A stretch of DNA of 64,000 nt from an uncultured virus (IMG/VR IMGVR_UViG_3300046718_000884) (lineage: Duplodnaviria > Heunggongvirae > Uroviricota > Caudoviricetes): the IMG/VR virus record IMGVR_UViG_3300046718_000884; one strand, 5' to 3'. The notes under the pieces are model-generated. The model had not been told where the DNA came from, searched no databases, and saw only the letters and a program-made list of their open reading frames with translations. This document shows positions 27,301-36,359 of this stretch, piece by piece (within the stretch, counting starts at the first letter, position 1; each line of letters begins with the position of its first letter). Position numbers and translations under genes: made by a program.

Positions 27301-29908
27301 TAACAGCGCCGCCGGCGCCGGTGCCGAAGCCGCCGCCCGAGGTGACGGTGATATCGCCGCCGGCGGCGTTGCCGGTGGTGGTGGCATTGCTACCGAGGAG
27401 CGAGAGGGGGCCACCGCGCTGGCCGCCCGAGGAAGAGCCAACCTGCAAGTAGATGCCGTTGGAGCCGGTTGTGGCGGTGCTTGAATGCGTGCCCGTGGTA
27501 AGCTGGATGTTCTGCGCCAGCGACGCGTTGCCGGTGGTCAGCGAGATCGCACCGCTCATGCCAAAGCCGGTGGTGGGTCCTCCTCCGGTTTTCAGGACCA
27601 CACCGCCGGCCTGCCCATTGGCGGCGCTCGCGGTTCCGGTTTGCAGCGTCAGGGTGCCGGTGACGGGGCCATCAGGCGAAGCCAAGGTCAGCGGGCCGGT
27701 GCCGGCGCTGCCCCCGGCGGCGGCGCCGCTGGTCATTGTAATGCCGCCGCCATTTCCTGTCGCACCGCCGGCACCAGCATTGACGGTGACATTGCCGCCC
27801 TTGCCGGTGCCGAAGCCGCTGCCGATCGTCACCGTCAGGTCGCCGCCGAGGCCGTTGCCTGTCGTGGTGGCGCTGCCGGTGGTGAGCGTAATGGCACCGG
27901 CATTCTTGCCGCCGGTCGTGTTGCCAGTCCGCAAAGAAATCGGCCAAGTGTTGGCGGTAGTGTGTGAATGCGTGCCGGTGAACAGATTAATACCGTTCAC
28001 ATTACCTGAACCGGTAGATATATTTATTGTGCCACTAATACCAGTGCCGGTTCCATTACCGGTTGTCAGATTGATGTCACCGGTTTGCACGCCCGACGCG
28101 CCGGTTTTCAGCGTGATGCCGCCGGACGAACCGGTCACGCCATCCGGTGTTAGCAGCGTGAGCGCGCCCGAGTCGGTGGTTGACGCGATCGTCGCGGCGC
28201 TGACCGTCGTCGCCCCCGGCGTGATCGTCACGGCATTGTTGGCGCTGGTGCCCACCGCGAGCGTGGTGAAGGCACCGGTGTTCGGCAGCGCGCTGCCGAT
28301 CGGCGGCGGTGAGGAGAACGCCCCAGTCAGCCCAGCGCCGGAGATCTGCCCGGTGACCGCGAGCGTGCCGCCGAGGGTGGTGTTGCCGGTGGCGCTCAGC
28401 GTGCCGTTGATCGATACCCCGCTGGCACTGATCTGCGTCCAGTAGGCGCTACTGTTACCGACCGGCGCGCCGGTGGCATCCGCCGGATAGAACGAGATCT
28501 GCGAGCCGAGATTGGTGCCGTAGATTCCCGAGCCTGAGCCGGAGCGGAAGAATGCGATCCCTGCCGCATCCGTCGGATCGGCGAGCGATGACCAGTTCAG
28601 CAGCAGCCGCGCCGAGCCTGACGTCGCCGCGTTGGCCAGCGTGGTGAGCGGGCCGAGCTTAGTGTTGTTGGTCACCGTCAGCGCGGTGCCGGTCGCGGTG
28701 AACGTCGTGGCGTTCGGGACGGTGCCGCCGGTGAAGCCCACGCCGGGGGCCGAGATCACGCCGGCATTGATGGTCACCGTGGTGCCGTCGATCTTCACGC
28801 CACCGAGCACCGTGGTGCTGGCGGTCGGCAGCACGTAGCCGCTGGTCCCGGCGGCGATCGCGGCGGTCACGTAGGCCGTGCTGGCGACCTGGGTGGTGTT
28901 GGTGCCGGGTGCCGCTGTCGGCGCCGTCAGCACACCCGTGACGGCCAGCGTGCCACTGACGGTGGCGTTGCCAGTGATCTGCACCACGCCGGCAGGCGTG
29001 CCGGTGCCGGGCTGCAGCACGATATTGCCGGAGGGTCCGCCGGTGTTTTGATTGCCGGTCGAAATGGTAACCGCGCCGGTCGCCCACGGCCCAGACGGCA
29101 CGGTGCCGGTCGTGATGAGAACCGGACCAGACGAAGATGTGGCGTTGCCGGTGCCGGAATAGAGGGAAATCCGGCCACCCAGTCCTGCACTACTCGACCC
29201 GGCTACCATCATCACGCTAGGAGACACGGCACCGGTGGTGGCGGCCCCCTGGAATACAAGCGTGCCGACGTAACTGACGGTCTGGTTGCTGGTCTGGGTG
29301 AGGTTGATCGTGTTGGCGAAGGTCGCGATGCCGCTGACGCTCAGCGCGCTGAACGCGCCGGTCGACGGATTGACGAGGCCGATCGGCGTGCCGGTGAGGC
29401 CGTTGGCCACCGACAGGGTGTCCATCAGGAAGGCGGACCCCTGCACGACGAACTGGCAGCCGACGGTGATCGTGCCGGTGCCGCCGGCGCCCTGGTCGAT
29501 CGTGCCGCCGGGTAGATGCAGGTTGAGGCCGGTGATGTTGCCGGAGGCCTGCACGGTGGCGCTGTAGACGCCGCCGCTGACGTGCAGGTCGCCGACCACG
29601 TTACCGGTCAGCAGCGTAGGCGCGGGGGTCCAGTCGTGGTTGAGCCGGCAATAAGGTGTGCCGTCCGATGGCGCGTCGGGGATGCCGCCGCCGGCGCCGC
29701 CGACGCGCGCGTCGACATAGGCCTTCGACGCGGCGTGCAGGTCGAGCGACGGCGATTGGCCGAGGGTGAGGTTGCCGACCACGCTCGGGTTGGTGAGCAC
29801 ACCGCTCTCGGCGTCGACCTTGCCGGCGAACAGCCGGTTCCAGTCGTCGGCCAGCGGCACGTAGTCGGGATAGAAGTTGGCGCTGCTGTTGGGAATGACA
29901 TCGCTCAT
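24305..29908 (-). CDS. giant Gly/Thr-rich tail-fibre/adhesin-like protein (~1870 aa)
   Basis: Start MSDVIPNSS after GGAG; many G.I.L.TG repeats; [13 protein letters not shown] and [18 protein letters not shown] fibre motifs. Confidence 0.78.
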   Translation of the reverse strand: MSDVIPNSSANFYPDYVPLADDWNRLFAGKVDAESGVLTNPSVVGNLTLGQSPSLDLHAASKAYVDARVGGAGGGIPDAPSDGTPYCRLNHDWTPAPTLLTGNVVGDLHVSGGVYSATVQASGNITGLNLHLPGGTIDQGAGGTGTITVGCQFVVQGSAFLMDTLSVANGLTGTPIGLVNPSTGAFSALSVSGIATFANTINLTQTSNQTVSYVGTLVFQGAATTGAVSPSVMMVAGSSSAGLGGRISLYSGTGNATSSSGPVLITTGTVPSGPWATGAVTISTGNQNTGGPSGNIVLQPGTGTPAGVVQITGNATVSGTLAVTGVLTAPTAAPGTNTTQVASTAYVTAAIAAGTSGYVLPTASTTVLGGVKIDGTTVTINAGVISAPGVGFTGGTVPNATTFTATGTALTVTNNTKLGPLTTLANAATSGSARLLLNWSSLADPTDAAGIAFFRSGSGSGIYGTNLGSQISFYPADATGAPVGNSSAYWTQISASGVSINGTLSATGNTTLGGTLAVTGQISGAGLTGAFSSPPPIGSALPNTGAFTTLAVGTSANNAVTITPGATTVSAATIASTTDSGALTLLTPDGVTGSSGGITLKTGASGVQTGDINLTTGNGTGTGISGTINISTGSGNVNGINLFTGTHSHTTANTWPISLRTGNTTGGKNAGAITLTTGSATTTGNGLGGDLTVTIGSGFGTGKGGNVTVNAGAGGATGNGGGITMTSGAAAGGSAGTGPLTLASPDGPVTGTLTLQTGTASAANGQAGGVVLKTGGGPTTGFGMSGAISLTTGNASLAQNIQLTTGTHSSTATTGSNGIYLQVGSSSGGQRGGPLSLLGSNATTTGNAAGGDITVTSGGGFGTGAGGAVTIRGGPGGATGPGGAITLTGGTAAGATSGAISITTPDSTTATGTLTLKTGTSTGTDPSVTGAVTIGTGGGTVGSAVNISTGDASSTFGASNPIVLTVGKSTGGRDAAGIQLLTGVATASNANGGDLTVTLGTGFGTGKGGNFVVKAPGTTNNYLTVAPGPALANPITFAQFGTGGFSFAGPVFTPTPAPTINDTTVATTAYVTAAVASSGGGFTGGTVPNATTFTATGTAVTVTNTTQTGTLQVGAAPVNGVTITPGGTATQGATIVTSASGQLSIQTADSATTNTANLLVQSGSGTGFNSGSVTLKSGGSTTGSSGTVFLQTTNAVVSGAITIQSGAGTTSSGGVSISTITSTTATTGTGGISLTTGDASGQTSGNPASIALKAGNSKLGGGPITLTAGNALTSGIGGDVTVTLGTGFTRAGNFVITNTPGTTNNLTIVPGAAGTNPVTLTPSGTGGLTVGGTGTVTVPSLTSQGNVNATGNVVATGPGGHVFGLSGTNNALQITPGSTAAGAISIAQTGTGGLILPPITTSLTVGLTLTNNTVSLVSGASSSAYAGITPSGTGGLMVGANTRPLGFLGTTPIAKPTVSGNQGDGTALASLLTSLANYGLITNSSIAGGNYVLPIASTTVLGGVKIDGTTIVIDGTGVISGVPPTGFTGGTVPNATTFAAAGTALTVTNNAQIGALTVTNATQTGTLSVGAGAQNALTVTPGAAGTNDVTLATTGTGGLTVADNLTATGVGPHSFGTVGTNDALQITPGATAGDNVVLAPSGSGVVQVNGGGFNVAAPPGGNNLLLLPGATSTSPAAIYGSSSTNGGLQINMSSTARLGFNGATPIAKQTVTGVQGGIPAVTSLLAAMAGFGLITDSSTTGPLPYSALPTEVQQLPISFPFAGKPPGSSVVNVPMAMAITVPAALAGAVAYDTTKATGNAVFTLNKISGGTTTALGTVTITSATNTSATLAGAGGSLAIGDVMQMVAPATQDATLADIGITILASRV

Positions 29909-30318
29909 GGCGTTCTCCCCTGGCCGATGCCGATTGCCTGGATGATGAACGGCCCGGTCCCGGCGATCGGCCCCAGCACCATGAACGAACCCGCCACCGC
30001 CTCGCACTGCACCTGACCGGTGACCACGCGGTCGCGCGTCACCGCGATGAACGCGGTGGCATACTGCATCAGCGGCACCGACAGCGCCGCGCTGGTCAGC
30101 TCGGCCTTGAGCAGCGGCAGCGGCGGGGTCTTGCCGAGGATGTCCTCGAAATAGCGCACGCCCTTGGAGGTGTCATAGTATAGCTCACCGTTGAATAGAC
30201 GGATCGCACTAGCAACGTCCTGCGCGATCGAGTAAGGCTCAGCCGCGACGGCGATGTTGCCGAACGCGTCGAGCACGAGGTCCCATGTCAGTGTATCTAA
30301 CAACAGAGTCTGCATCAA
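29905..30318 (-). CDS. baseplate wedge protein (gp25-like)
   Basis: [18 protein letters not shown]...[26 protein letters not shown]. Confidence 0.7.
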   Translation of the reverse strand: MMQTLLLDTLTWDLVLDAFGNIAVAAEPYSIAQDVASAIRLFNGELYYDTSKGVRYFEDILGKTPPLPLLKAELTSAALSVPLMQYATAFIAVTRDRVVTGQVQCEAVAGSFMVLGPIAGTGPFIIQAIGIGQGRTP

Positions 30319-32222
30319 CCACCCCGTAACTTGGCCACCTCGGCATCCAGCTCCTTGATCGCGTTGAGCATGGCATAGATCAGCGGCGTCTGGTCGAGGC
30401 CGCGCATGTCGGTCAGCTGCAGGTCGCCGACCACCGCCTCGGGTATGACGTGCTCGACATCCTGCACGCTGACACCGACGAACGGGCGCTCTGGCACGGT
30501 GACGTCCGGCGGTGCCATCTCCTGGCGGTAGGTGTAATAGCGCGGCGTCAGTTGCCTGACTTCGGCCAGCCCACCGGTATAGACATCACCGATGGTCTTC
30601 ATTCTCTCGTCGGAATAAGTATACCACTGCCCGCCGCCATACTTCCAGGCACCCTGGGTCCACAGAAACATATCGCCGTCTTCGGCGCTGTTGAGGCGCG
30701 GATAGGTCAGCTTCATCACCGGCTTGCCGTTGCGTATCCAGGTCAGGTCACCGGCGAAGTTTTGGCCATCGCCCGAGTCGCTGCTCAGCCAGTCGAAGTA
30801 ATATCCGCTATTGGCACCGGAGAACTGCAGGCGGCGGACGTTGCCGCCGGTGGTCAGGTAGAAGTCTCCCAAATTGCCGATATAGACCGGGCCGCGCGAG
30901 AAGAGATCGCCGGCAGCGAGCTGGCCGGCGACATCGGCGTTGCGCCCGACGGTCAGATCCAGAGATACGCCAGCCGAGGCGCAAGTGACGTTGCCACTGA
31001 CCGCGACCGCGCCGCCGGTAAACGCGCTGGTCGCGTTGATGTTGCCGGTCGAGTTGATGTAGCCACCGGTGATCGTGCCGGCGGCGGCGATGTTGCGCTG
31101 GGCGGTGAGGTCGAAATTGGCATTGAGCGAGCCGTTGACCTGCACGTTGCCGTCGATCTGCGCCGAGCCGGTGTCATGGATGTATGCGGTGGTGATGCTG
31201 CCGTTCACCACGAGGTTGACGTCGATCTGCGCCGAGCCGGTGCTGTGAATCCATAAACCGACCAGCGCACCAAGTGCGGTGATGTTGCCGTTGGCGATGA
31301 TCGAGCCGTCGATCTGCACGTTGCTGGTGCCGTGGATGGGGCCGACGGTGATGCTGCCGGCGCTGACCGATGCGGCGGTGACGGTGCCGTCGATAGTGGC
31401 CGCGCCATGCACGATGGCGCTGCCGTTGACCGTCAGGTTGCCGGTGCTCGCCGCGCCGTAGACCGTCAGCGTGCCGGCCTGCACGCCGAGGTTAATGGTG
31501 GCATCGCCGTGGCTGGTCAGCGAGCTGGCAGAGATCGCGCCGCCGGCGGTGATGTCGTGGACATTGGTGATGTTGCCGGTGTTGTCCACCGAGAAGATCT
31601 CGGCGGTATAGGCATCGTTGATCAGCGCGAAGGTGCCATTGTAGACGCGCAACCATTTCTTCGGACCCAGCACGGTGGTCCTGCCGTCGGCCTGGATCGT
31701 GTTGCCGGCGAACGCGATCTGCGCGCCCAGCGAGGTGTTGGTGGCCGGCGCGGCGGCGGTGACCGTCAGGCCCGGAACGATGCCCTTGCCGGAGGCGCTC
31801 ACGTCGGGGAACACCGGCGTCTGCCAGCCGCCGCCCCCGGTGTCGGGGTTGGACATATTGTTGTTGGCGGTCGACTGCCAGACCAGATAGGGCGTGACGT
31901 TGGAGCCGATGCGCGCCTCGGCGGGATAGCCGCCGATCTGGCTCTGGAACAGCGGATCGAGCCGCACCGGCCCGCCCGCCTGGAACCAGCGATCCCACTC
32001 GGTGATCTGCTTGATCACGCCGTTCAGGTCGGCGCCCGACGGTGGGATGCCGCCCGCCGAGACCGGGGTGAAGTTGAGCGGAACGAAGCCATCGACAAAC
32101 GACGCGGCACCATTGACCGCGCCGATCTGCGAGGCATTGGGCACGGGGTGGACGAACCCGGTCTTGGCGCCCGACGCCCAGGGCGTCGGGATCTTCAGCG
32201 GCAGGTTGGCGACGCGATCCAT
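30315..32222 (-). CDS. tail fibre with C-terminal intramolecular chaperone (peptidase S74-like)
   Basis: N-terminal GAASFVDGF.P......AGGIPPSGADLNG baseplate anchor; C-terminal SDERMK...GLAEVRQLTP..Y.Y...AIKELDAEV. Confidence 0.8.
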   Translation of the reverse strand: MDRVANLPLKIPTPWASGAKTGFVHPVPNASQIGAVNGAASFVDGFVPLNFTPVSAGGIPPSGADLNGVIKQITEWDRWFQAGGPVRLDPLFQSQIGGYPAEARIGSNVTPYLVWQSTANNNMSNPDTGGGGWQTPVFPDVSASGKGIVPGLTVTAAAPATNTSLGAQIAFAGNTIQADGRTTVLGPKKWLRVYNGTFALINDAYTAEIFSVDNTGNITNVHDITAGGAISASSLTSHGDATINLGVQAGTLTVYGAASTGNLTVNGSAIVHGAATIDGTVTAASVSAGSITVGPIHGTSNVQIDGSIIANGNITALGALVGLWIHSTGSAQIDVNLVVNGSITTAYIHDTGSAQIDGNVQVNGSLNANFDLTAQRNIAAAGTITGGYINSTGNINATSAFTGGAVAVSGNVTCASAGVSLDLTVGRNADVAGQLAAGDLFSRGPVYIGNLGDFYLTTGGNVRRLQFSGANSGYYFDWLSSDSGDGQNFAGDLTWIRNGKPVMKLTYPRLNSAEDGDMFLWTQGAWKYGGGQWYTYSDERMKTIGDVYTGGLAEVRQLTPRYYTYRQEMAPPDVTVPERPFVGVSVQDVEHVIPEAVVGDLQLTDMRGLDQTPLIYAMLNAIKELDAEVAKLRGG

Positions 32223-32232
32223 GCAGCCTCCA

Positions 32233-33279
32233 TCATTGGACGGTCCCGTTCGCGCGCACGCTGCCTGCGCCACGGATCGGCACGCTGAATCTGGTCGAGC
32301 TGCTGGCATGCACGCCGCCACGCCCGTCGATCATCGCGAAGGCCAGCACCCTGCGCTGGATCGAGGCGTTGGCGCTCAGGCTGCCCACGCCGCCGATGCC
32401 GGCGCGGACCTGCGGCGGACCCACGCCGCGCATGGTGCCGACGCCGTCGATGCGCGCCGCCGCCGCCAGCTTTTGGCCCAGCAGCGGCACCGCATTCGCC
32501 GCCACCCCGCCACGCCCCGCCATACCACTGCCGCGCGCGGCGACCTGGGTGGTGGCCGAGGCGCGCACCGTAGCGACCCCCCGGAGCGTCACCGGCAGGC
32601 CGACCACGTCGGCGGTGGCCTGCACGCCACCGATGCCGCCGATGACCGAGCCGACATGGTAGGGCGCGGCGGTGCTGGGGTTGAACGAGTAGGTGACCGA
32701 GACGCCGGTCGGACGCGGGATGACGCCGGACTGCGAGATGATCGCCGCCGTGACCGGGGTCGGTTGGAACTCAAAGATGTAGCTGATCGACATATCCTGG
32801 TTGTCGACCACGTAAGCCCGGCCCTGCGAGGCGAACAGGTTGATCAGGATCTGGTTGATCGACGGGATCGAGCCGTTGGTGATGTTGAACATCGCCTTGG
32901 CCAGGATCAGCGTGCGATAGCCCTCGTCGTTGAGCACGTAGTTCGCGGTGAGCGGCTGGTTGGAATAGAAGATGCCGCCGCCCTGCGCTGCGGTGGGCGC
33001 CACCCATGACGTGTTGAACGGCCACGCCGATTGCACGGTCGCCTCATTGAACCCCCAATAGGGGTCGGTGGTCTGGATCTTGAGCACCCGGCCCACCGCG
33101 ACGATGCGGCCCCAGACGTCGAGGCCGTAGCCCCGCGCGGTGTCGACGTTCCAGATGAAATTATAGAAGTCCTCCAGATCCTGCTTCGGGTCGATCCACT
33201 GATTGATGGCGTAGAGCAATGTCTGGATGGTCGGCGACTGATTGTATTGACTGATAACGGTGCCTTGCCAATTGATCAC
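32233..33279 (-). CDS. DUF2612-like baseplate protein with Ala/Gly repeat extension
   Basis: TVISQYNQSP...WNVDTARGYGLDVWGRIV...LNDEGYRTLILAKA..NI...PRPTGV. Confidence 0.78.
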   Translation of the reverse strand: MINWQGTVISQYNQSPTIQTLLYAINQWIDPKQDLEDFYNFIWNVDTARGYGLDVWGRIVAVGRVLKIQTTDPYWGFNEATVQSAWPFNTSWVAPTAAQGGGIFYSNQPLTANYVLNDEGYRTLILAKAMFNITNGSIPSINQILINLFASQGRAYVVDNQDMSISYIFEFQPTPVTAAIISQSGVIPRPTGVSVTYSFNPSTAAPYHVGSVIGGIGGVQATADVVGLPVTLRGVATVRASATTQVAARGSGMAGRGGVAANAVPLLGQKLAAAARIDGVGTMRGVGPPQVRAGIGGVGSLSANASIQRRVLAFAMIDGRGGVHASSSTRFSVPIRGAGSVRANGTVQ

Positions 33280-34742
33280 GGCGCCGAAACCAGTGCGATG
33301 GAGATGTTGGCCGCCGACAGGACTGGCGCGTGGGCAACGCCGACCGCCACGTCGTCCAGGGTCGGTATCATGGAGAACATCGCCTCAGAGGTAATCGCCG
33401 GGGTCGGCGCCATGTTGAGGTTGTAGGTGCCGACGCCGCCGGTGCCGGTGCCAAGCGAGACGATGCGGGTGCCGTCCATAACGACGTGAGCAGAGTCCAC
33501 CGGGGCAGTAGCAGCCACGGTTTGCCCGATGGCGATGGCGCCGGTGGTCATGGCGGAGACGGTCATCACGGTGCCGCTGATCGCGGCGGTGAACTGCGCC
33601 GCCGGTGCCACGCTCGATCCCAGCTTGATCGACACGAGCTGCACCCACGGGCCAAGCCCGGCGACCGCCGCATAGTAGCGCGAGGCGAACACCGTCGAGC
33701 CGATCCTGGCGCGCGAGCCGCCGTCGGCACCGCTCCACGCGTTCAGCACTACGTTCTGCACCTGGATCAGCGCGTCCTGCGGGACCTGCACGCTGTTGAT
33801 CAGCGTCACCAGCATGACGAAGGTCTGCGGCGCCGCGTTCTGATAGGTGATCGGGTAGCTGGGTGCGGGCGGCGAGTAGCCGCCGTTGGTGTCATACACC
33901 GTGATCGTGGTGTTGCCCGCCATGTTGCAGCCCGGCGCCTTGCGGGTGAAGATCGCATTGGCGATGTCGGCGCCGATACCACCCGAGACGCACACATAGA
34001 GCGAGTGCGGCTGCAGCGTGACACCGTCCACGGTGACCGCCGAGCTGGTGAAGTTTTCCGTGACATAGGCGTCGAGCACGTCGTTGACGTTCAGCACGGC
34101 GCCCAGCACCGAGGCCAGCATGCCCGCCGAATTGCCGGCCACCGAATTGAAGCGCCGGCGTTCGAACTGCGCGCGCGTCTCGACGTCCTGGCCGACCACG
34201 CCATCGGCGTTGTTGATGATGGCGTCCCAGCCGGGAATGACGTTGTAGACCCTGTTCAACGAGCCGGTCGGACACGAGATCGGCCCCATCACGTTACATT
34301 CGAATGGCACCGTCGCGGTGCCGTCGGCGCCGATCACGCCCTGCGCGGTCGAGGTATAGAAATTGCCGTCCTTCGCCAGCGCCATCACGCCGACCGGGAT
34401 GACCACGCCTTGCAGGCCGATGCAGGTCGCCTGCACCGTGGTCGGCAATGCCGGATAGCGGGTCAGGAAATAGATGCGACCGATGCCGTCCTGCATGCGG
34501 CCTTGCGAATAGGCCGGGTCGACGTTCTGCGTCAGCAGCAGGAACTGATCGTTCTTGTCCGAGATGATCGCCGCCTCGGTGGTGGCGAGCTGACCCTGCG
34601 GGGTCTCCAGTGCAGGGTTCAAGGCGCCGCCGAAGCAGGCGTTCAGATCGGCCCGCACACCCTTGAGGATGTCCTGTTCGGTCGGCAGGAGAAATCCGGT
34701 GTCAGTCCATCGTGGGCGCGGAACACTTGTTGTGCCACTCAC
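33276..34742 (-). CDS. baseplate J-like protein
   Basis: LETPQGQLA...DPAYSQGRMQDGIGRIYF..R...ETRAQFE.RR. Confidence 0.82.
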   Translation of the reverse strand: MSGTTSVPRPRWTDTGFLLPTEQDILKGVRADLNACFGGALNPALETPQGQLATTEAAIISDKNDQFLLLTQNVDPAYSQGRMQDGIGRIYFLTRYPALPTTVQATCIGLQGVVIPVGVMALAKDGNFYTSTAQGVIGADGTATVPFECNVMGPISCPTGSLNRVYNVIPGWDAIINNADGVVGQDVETRAQFERRRFNSVAGNSAGMLASVLGAVLNVNDVLDAYVTENFTSSAVTVDGVTLQPHSLYVCVSGGIGADIANAIFTRKAPGCNMAGNTTITVYDTNGGYSPPAPSYPITYQNAAPQTFVMLVTLINSVQVPQDALIQVQNVVLNAWSGADGGSRARIGSTVFASRYYAAVAGLGPWVQLVSIKLGSSVAPAAQFTAAISGTVMTVSAMTTGAIAIGQTVAATAPVDSAHVVMDGTRIVSLGTGTGGVGTYNLNMAPTPAITSEAMFSMIPTLDDVAVGVAHAPVLSAANISIALVSAP

Positions 34743-34772
34743 ATGGACCTCCCTTACGCCATGTGGGCGTTG

Positions 34773-35333
34773 CTATGTGGGGGCAAAGTAACCGAGGAAA
34801 TACCGCGTGTTGAGTTCGGTCCAGTTGGGGTCCTCGGTGCCCTGACTATCCCAGAACGCCAGATCGCCGGTGAACCCGAGATAGGCGTCGCGCACGATCT
34901 TGCAGCGATCCAGTGCCAGCACGCCACCGATGATCAGATTGCCGTCGCGCCCGAGATCGATGTAGAGGCCGGTGGTGCGCTGATAGACGTTGATGTTGCA
35001 GTTTATGCCGTTCAGGCTGATCGTCAGGGTCTGCGCCGGCACCGCCAGCAACGGCACGACATATCGCGTCGTCGCGGGCACCAGCAGCGAGGCCTGAGCC
35101 AGATCCTCCGCACCCGACGTCATCGGCGCGGTAGCGACGCCGAGCGGCAGGCGCCGGTTGAGCGCGTAGGTGCCCTGGGTCCCCTGGGCGGTGCCGAGTG
35201 CGGTGATGCGGACATCGGACGGCACGTGATCGCCGTTGATGGTATGGCCGACCGCCAGCGAGCCGGCCTGCACATCGCCGACCAGCAGCGTGTTGCCGTC
35301 GATGGAACCGGTGAAGCGCGACAGGATGATCAT
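34773..35333 (-). CDS. baseplate plug-like protein with an extra N-terminal beta domain
   Basis: VPLLAVPAQTLTISLNG...YLGFTGDLAFWDSQGTEDPNW..L..RY. Confidence 0.68.
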   Translation of the reverse strand: MIILSRFTGSIDGNTLLVGDVQAGSLAVGHTINGDHVPSDVRITALGTAQGTQGTYALNRRLPLGVATAPMTSGAEDLAQASLLVPATTRYVVPLLAVPAQTLTISLNGINCNINVYQRTTGLYIDLGRDGNLIIGGVLALDRCKIVRDAYLGFTGDLAFWDSQGTEDPNWTELNTRYFLGYFAPT

Positions 35334-36358
35334 CAGAAGAAAAACGATGTCGGCGGCACCGTTGTGCCGTCCTGTGGTGGCACCGGCAGTGGTGGAGCGG
35401 TCTGAGTTGGTGCGTGCGGATGCGAAGCGTCTGGCATGTTGGCCGGCGGCGGCGGCGTGGTGGCATCCGTGCGCGTCGGCATGTTGGGCCTGATCGGCTG
35501 GAACGGTCCAAAATTGGGATCGGATTCGATGGGAAGGTGCAGATCCTCCGGCTTAACCTCCTTCGGCTGCACCGAACCAACATTGGTGGACGCCGCGCCG
35601 GTCGGCGACTTGCCTGACGTGTTGTCGGTGAATGTCGCGCCGGCGCTGATGCGAACCTCCTGCACCCAGACATCCACCACCAGCAGGTTCAGCCCGCGAC
35701 GGCTCTCGCGGCTATACTCCATGTGCGTCAGGTTGGCCTGCGGATAGATCGCCTCTGGCGTCACCACGACATACATATCCAGCGACGCCACCGCGCGCTC
35801 AAGCTGGGCGAGGAACTCGGTGCGTTGCATCGTGCCGCTGCCGATCGCGAACGAGATGCGGATGTCGAAGGGGACCTGCACCTTGTTGTAGGACGCGAAG
35901 GCGCCGCGCTCGATCGGGAAATCCGCGATCTTCATTTCGTGGCGGTAGTCCACCTTGATCACGCTGTCCCAGTTCGCGACCTCCTGCATGTTCTTATCGA
36001 AGATGCCCCATATCGGCTTGCTGAACAGCGCGCCCGGTTGGTCCTCGGTCATGGGCGCCACCAGCGCGGCGCTGAGTGCCATGCCGTAGGGGCTGACGTC
36101 GCCCGCTAGCGGCCCGCTGATGCCGGGGGCGTTGACGTTGATGCCCTGGGCCATGCCGCCGGCCCCTGGTGTGATACCGGAGAACGGCAGGCCGAGGCCG
36201 GCGGATGCGTTGATGTCGCCGGCGCCTTGGGCGATGCCGATGACGTTGCCGAAGCCGCCCTGTAGCGGCGGCACACCGGGGAATTGCAGCACGCCAGGAG
36301 CGCCTGCGGTGTTGAACGATCCGTCGGGATTGAAGCCATAGACCGGGACCAGCGGCAT
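35333..36358 (-). CDS. tail-tube initiator/Dit-like baseplate protein
   Basis: WGIFD...IADFPIERGAFASYNKVQVP...VVTPEAIY. Confidence 0.7.
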   Translation of the reverse strand: MPLVPVYGFNPDGSFNTAGAPGVLQFPGVPPLQGGFGNVIGIAQGAGDINASAGLGLPFSGITPGAGGMAQGINVNAPGISGPLAGDVSPYGMALSAALVAPMTEDQPGALFSKPIWGIFDKNMQEVANWDSVIKVDYRHEMKIADFPIERGAFASYNKVQVPFDIRISFAIGSGTMQRTEFLAQLERAVASLDMYVVVTPEAIYPQANLTHMEYSRESRRGLNLLVVDVWVQEVRISAGATFTDNTSGKSPTGAASTNVGSVQPKEVKPEDLHLPIESDPNFGPFQPIRPNMPTRTDATTPPPPANMPDASHPHAPTQTAPPLPVPPQDGTTVPPTSFFF

Positions 36359-36359
36359 T

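Noticed and set aside
20802..32222. Diversity-generating retroelement acting on fibres
   Set aside because: No reverse transcriptase ORF and no template/variable repeat pair differing only at adenines was seen.
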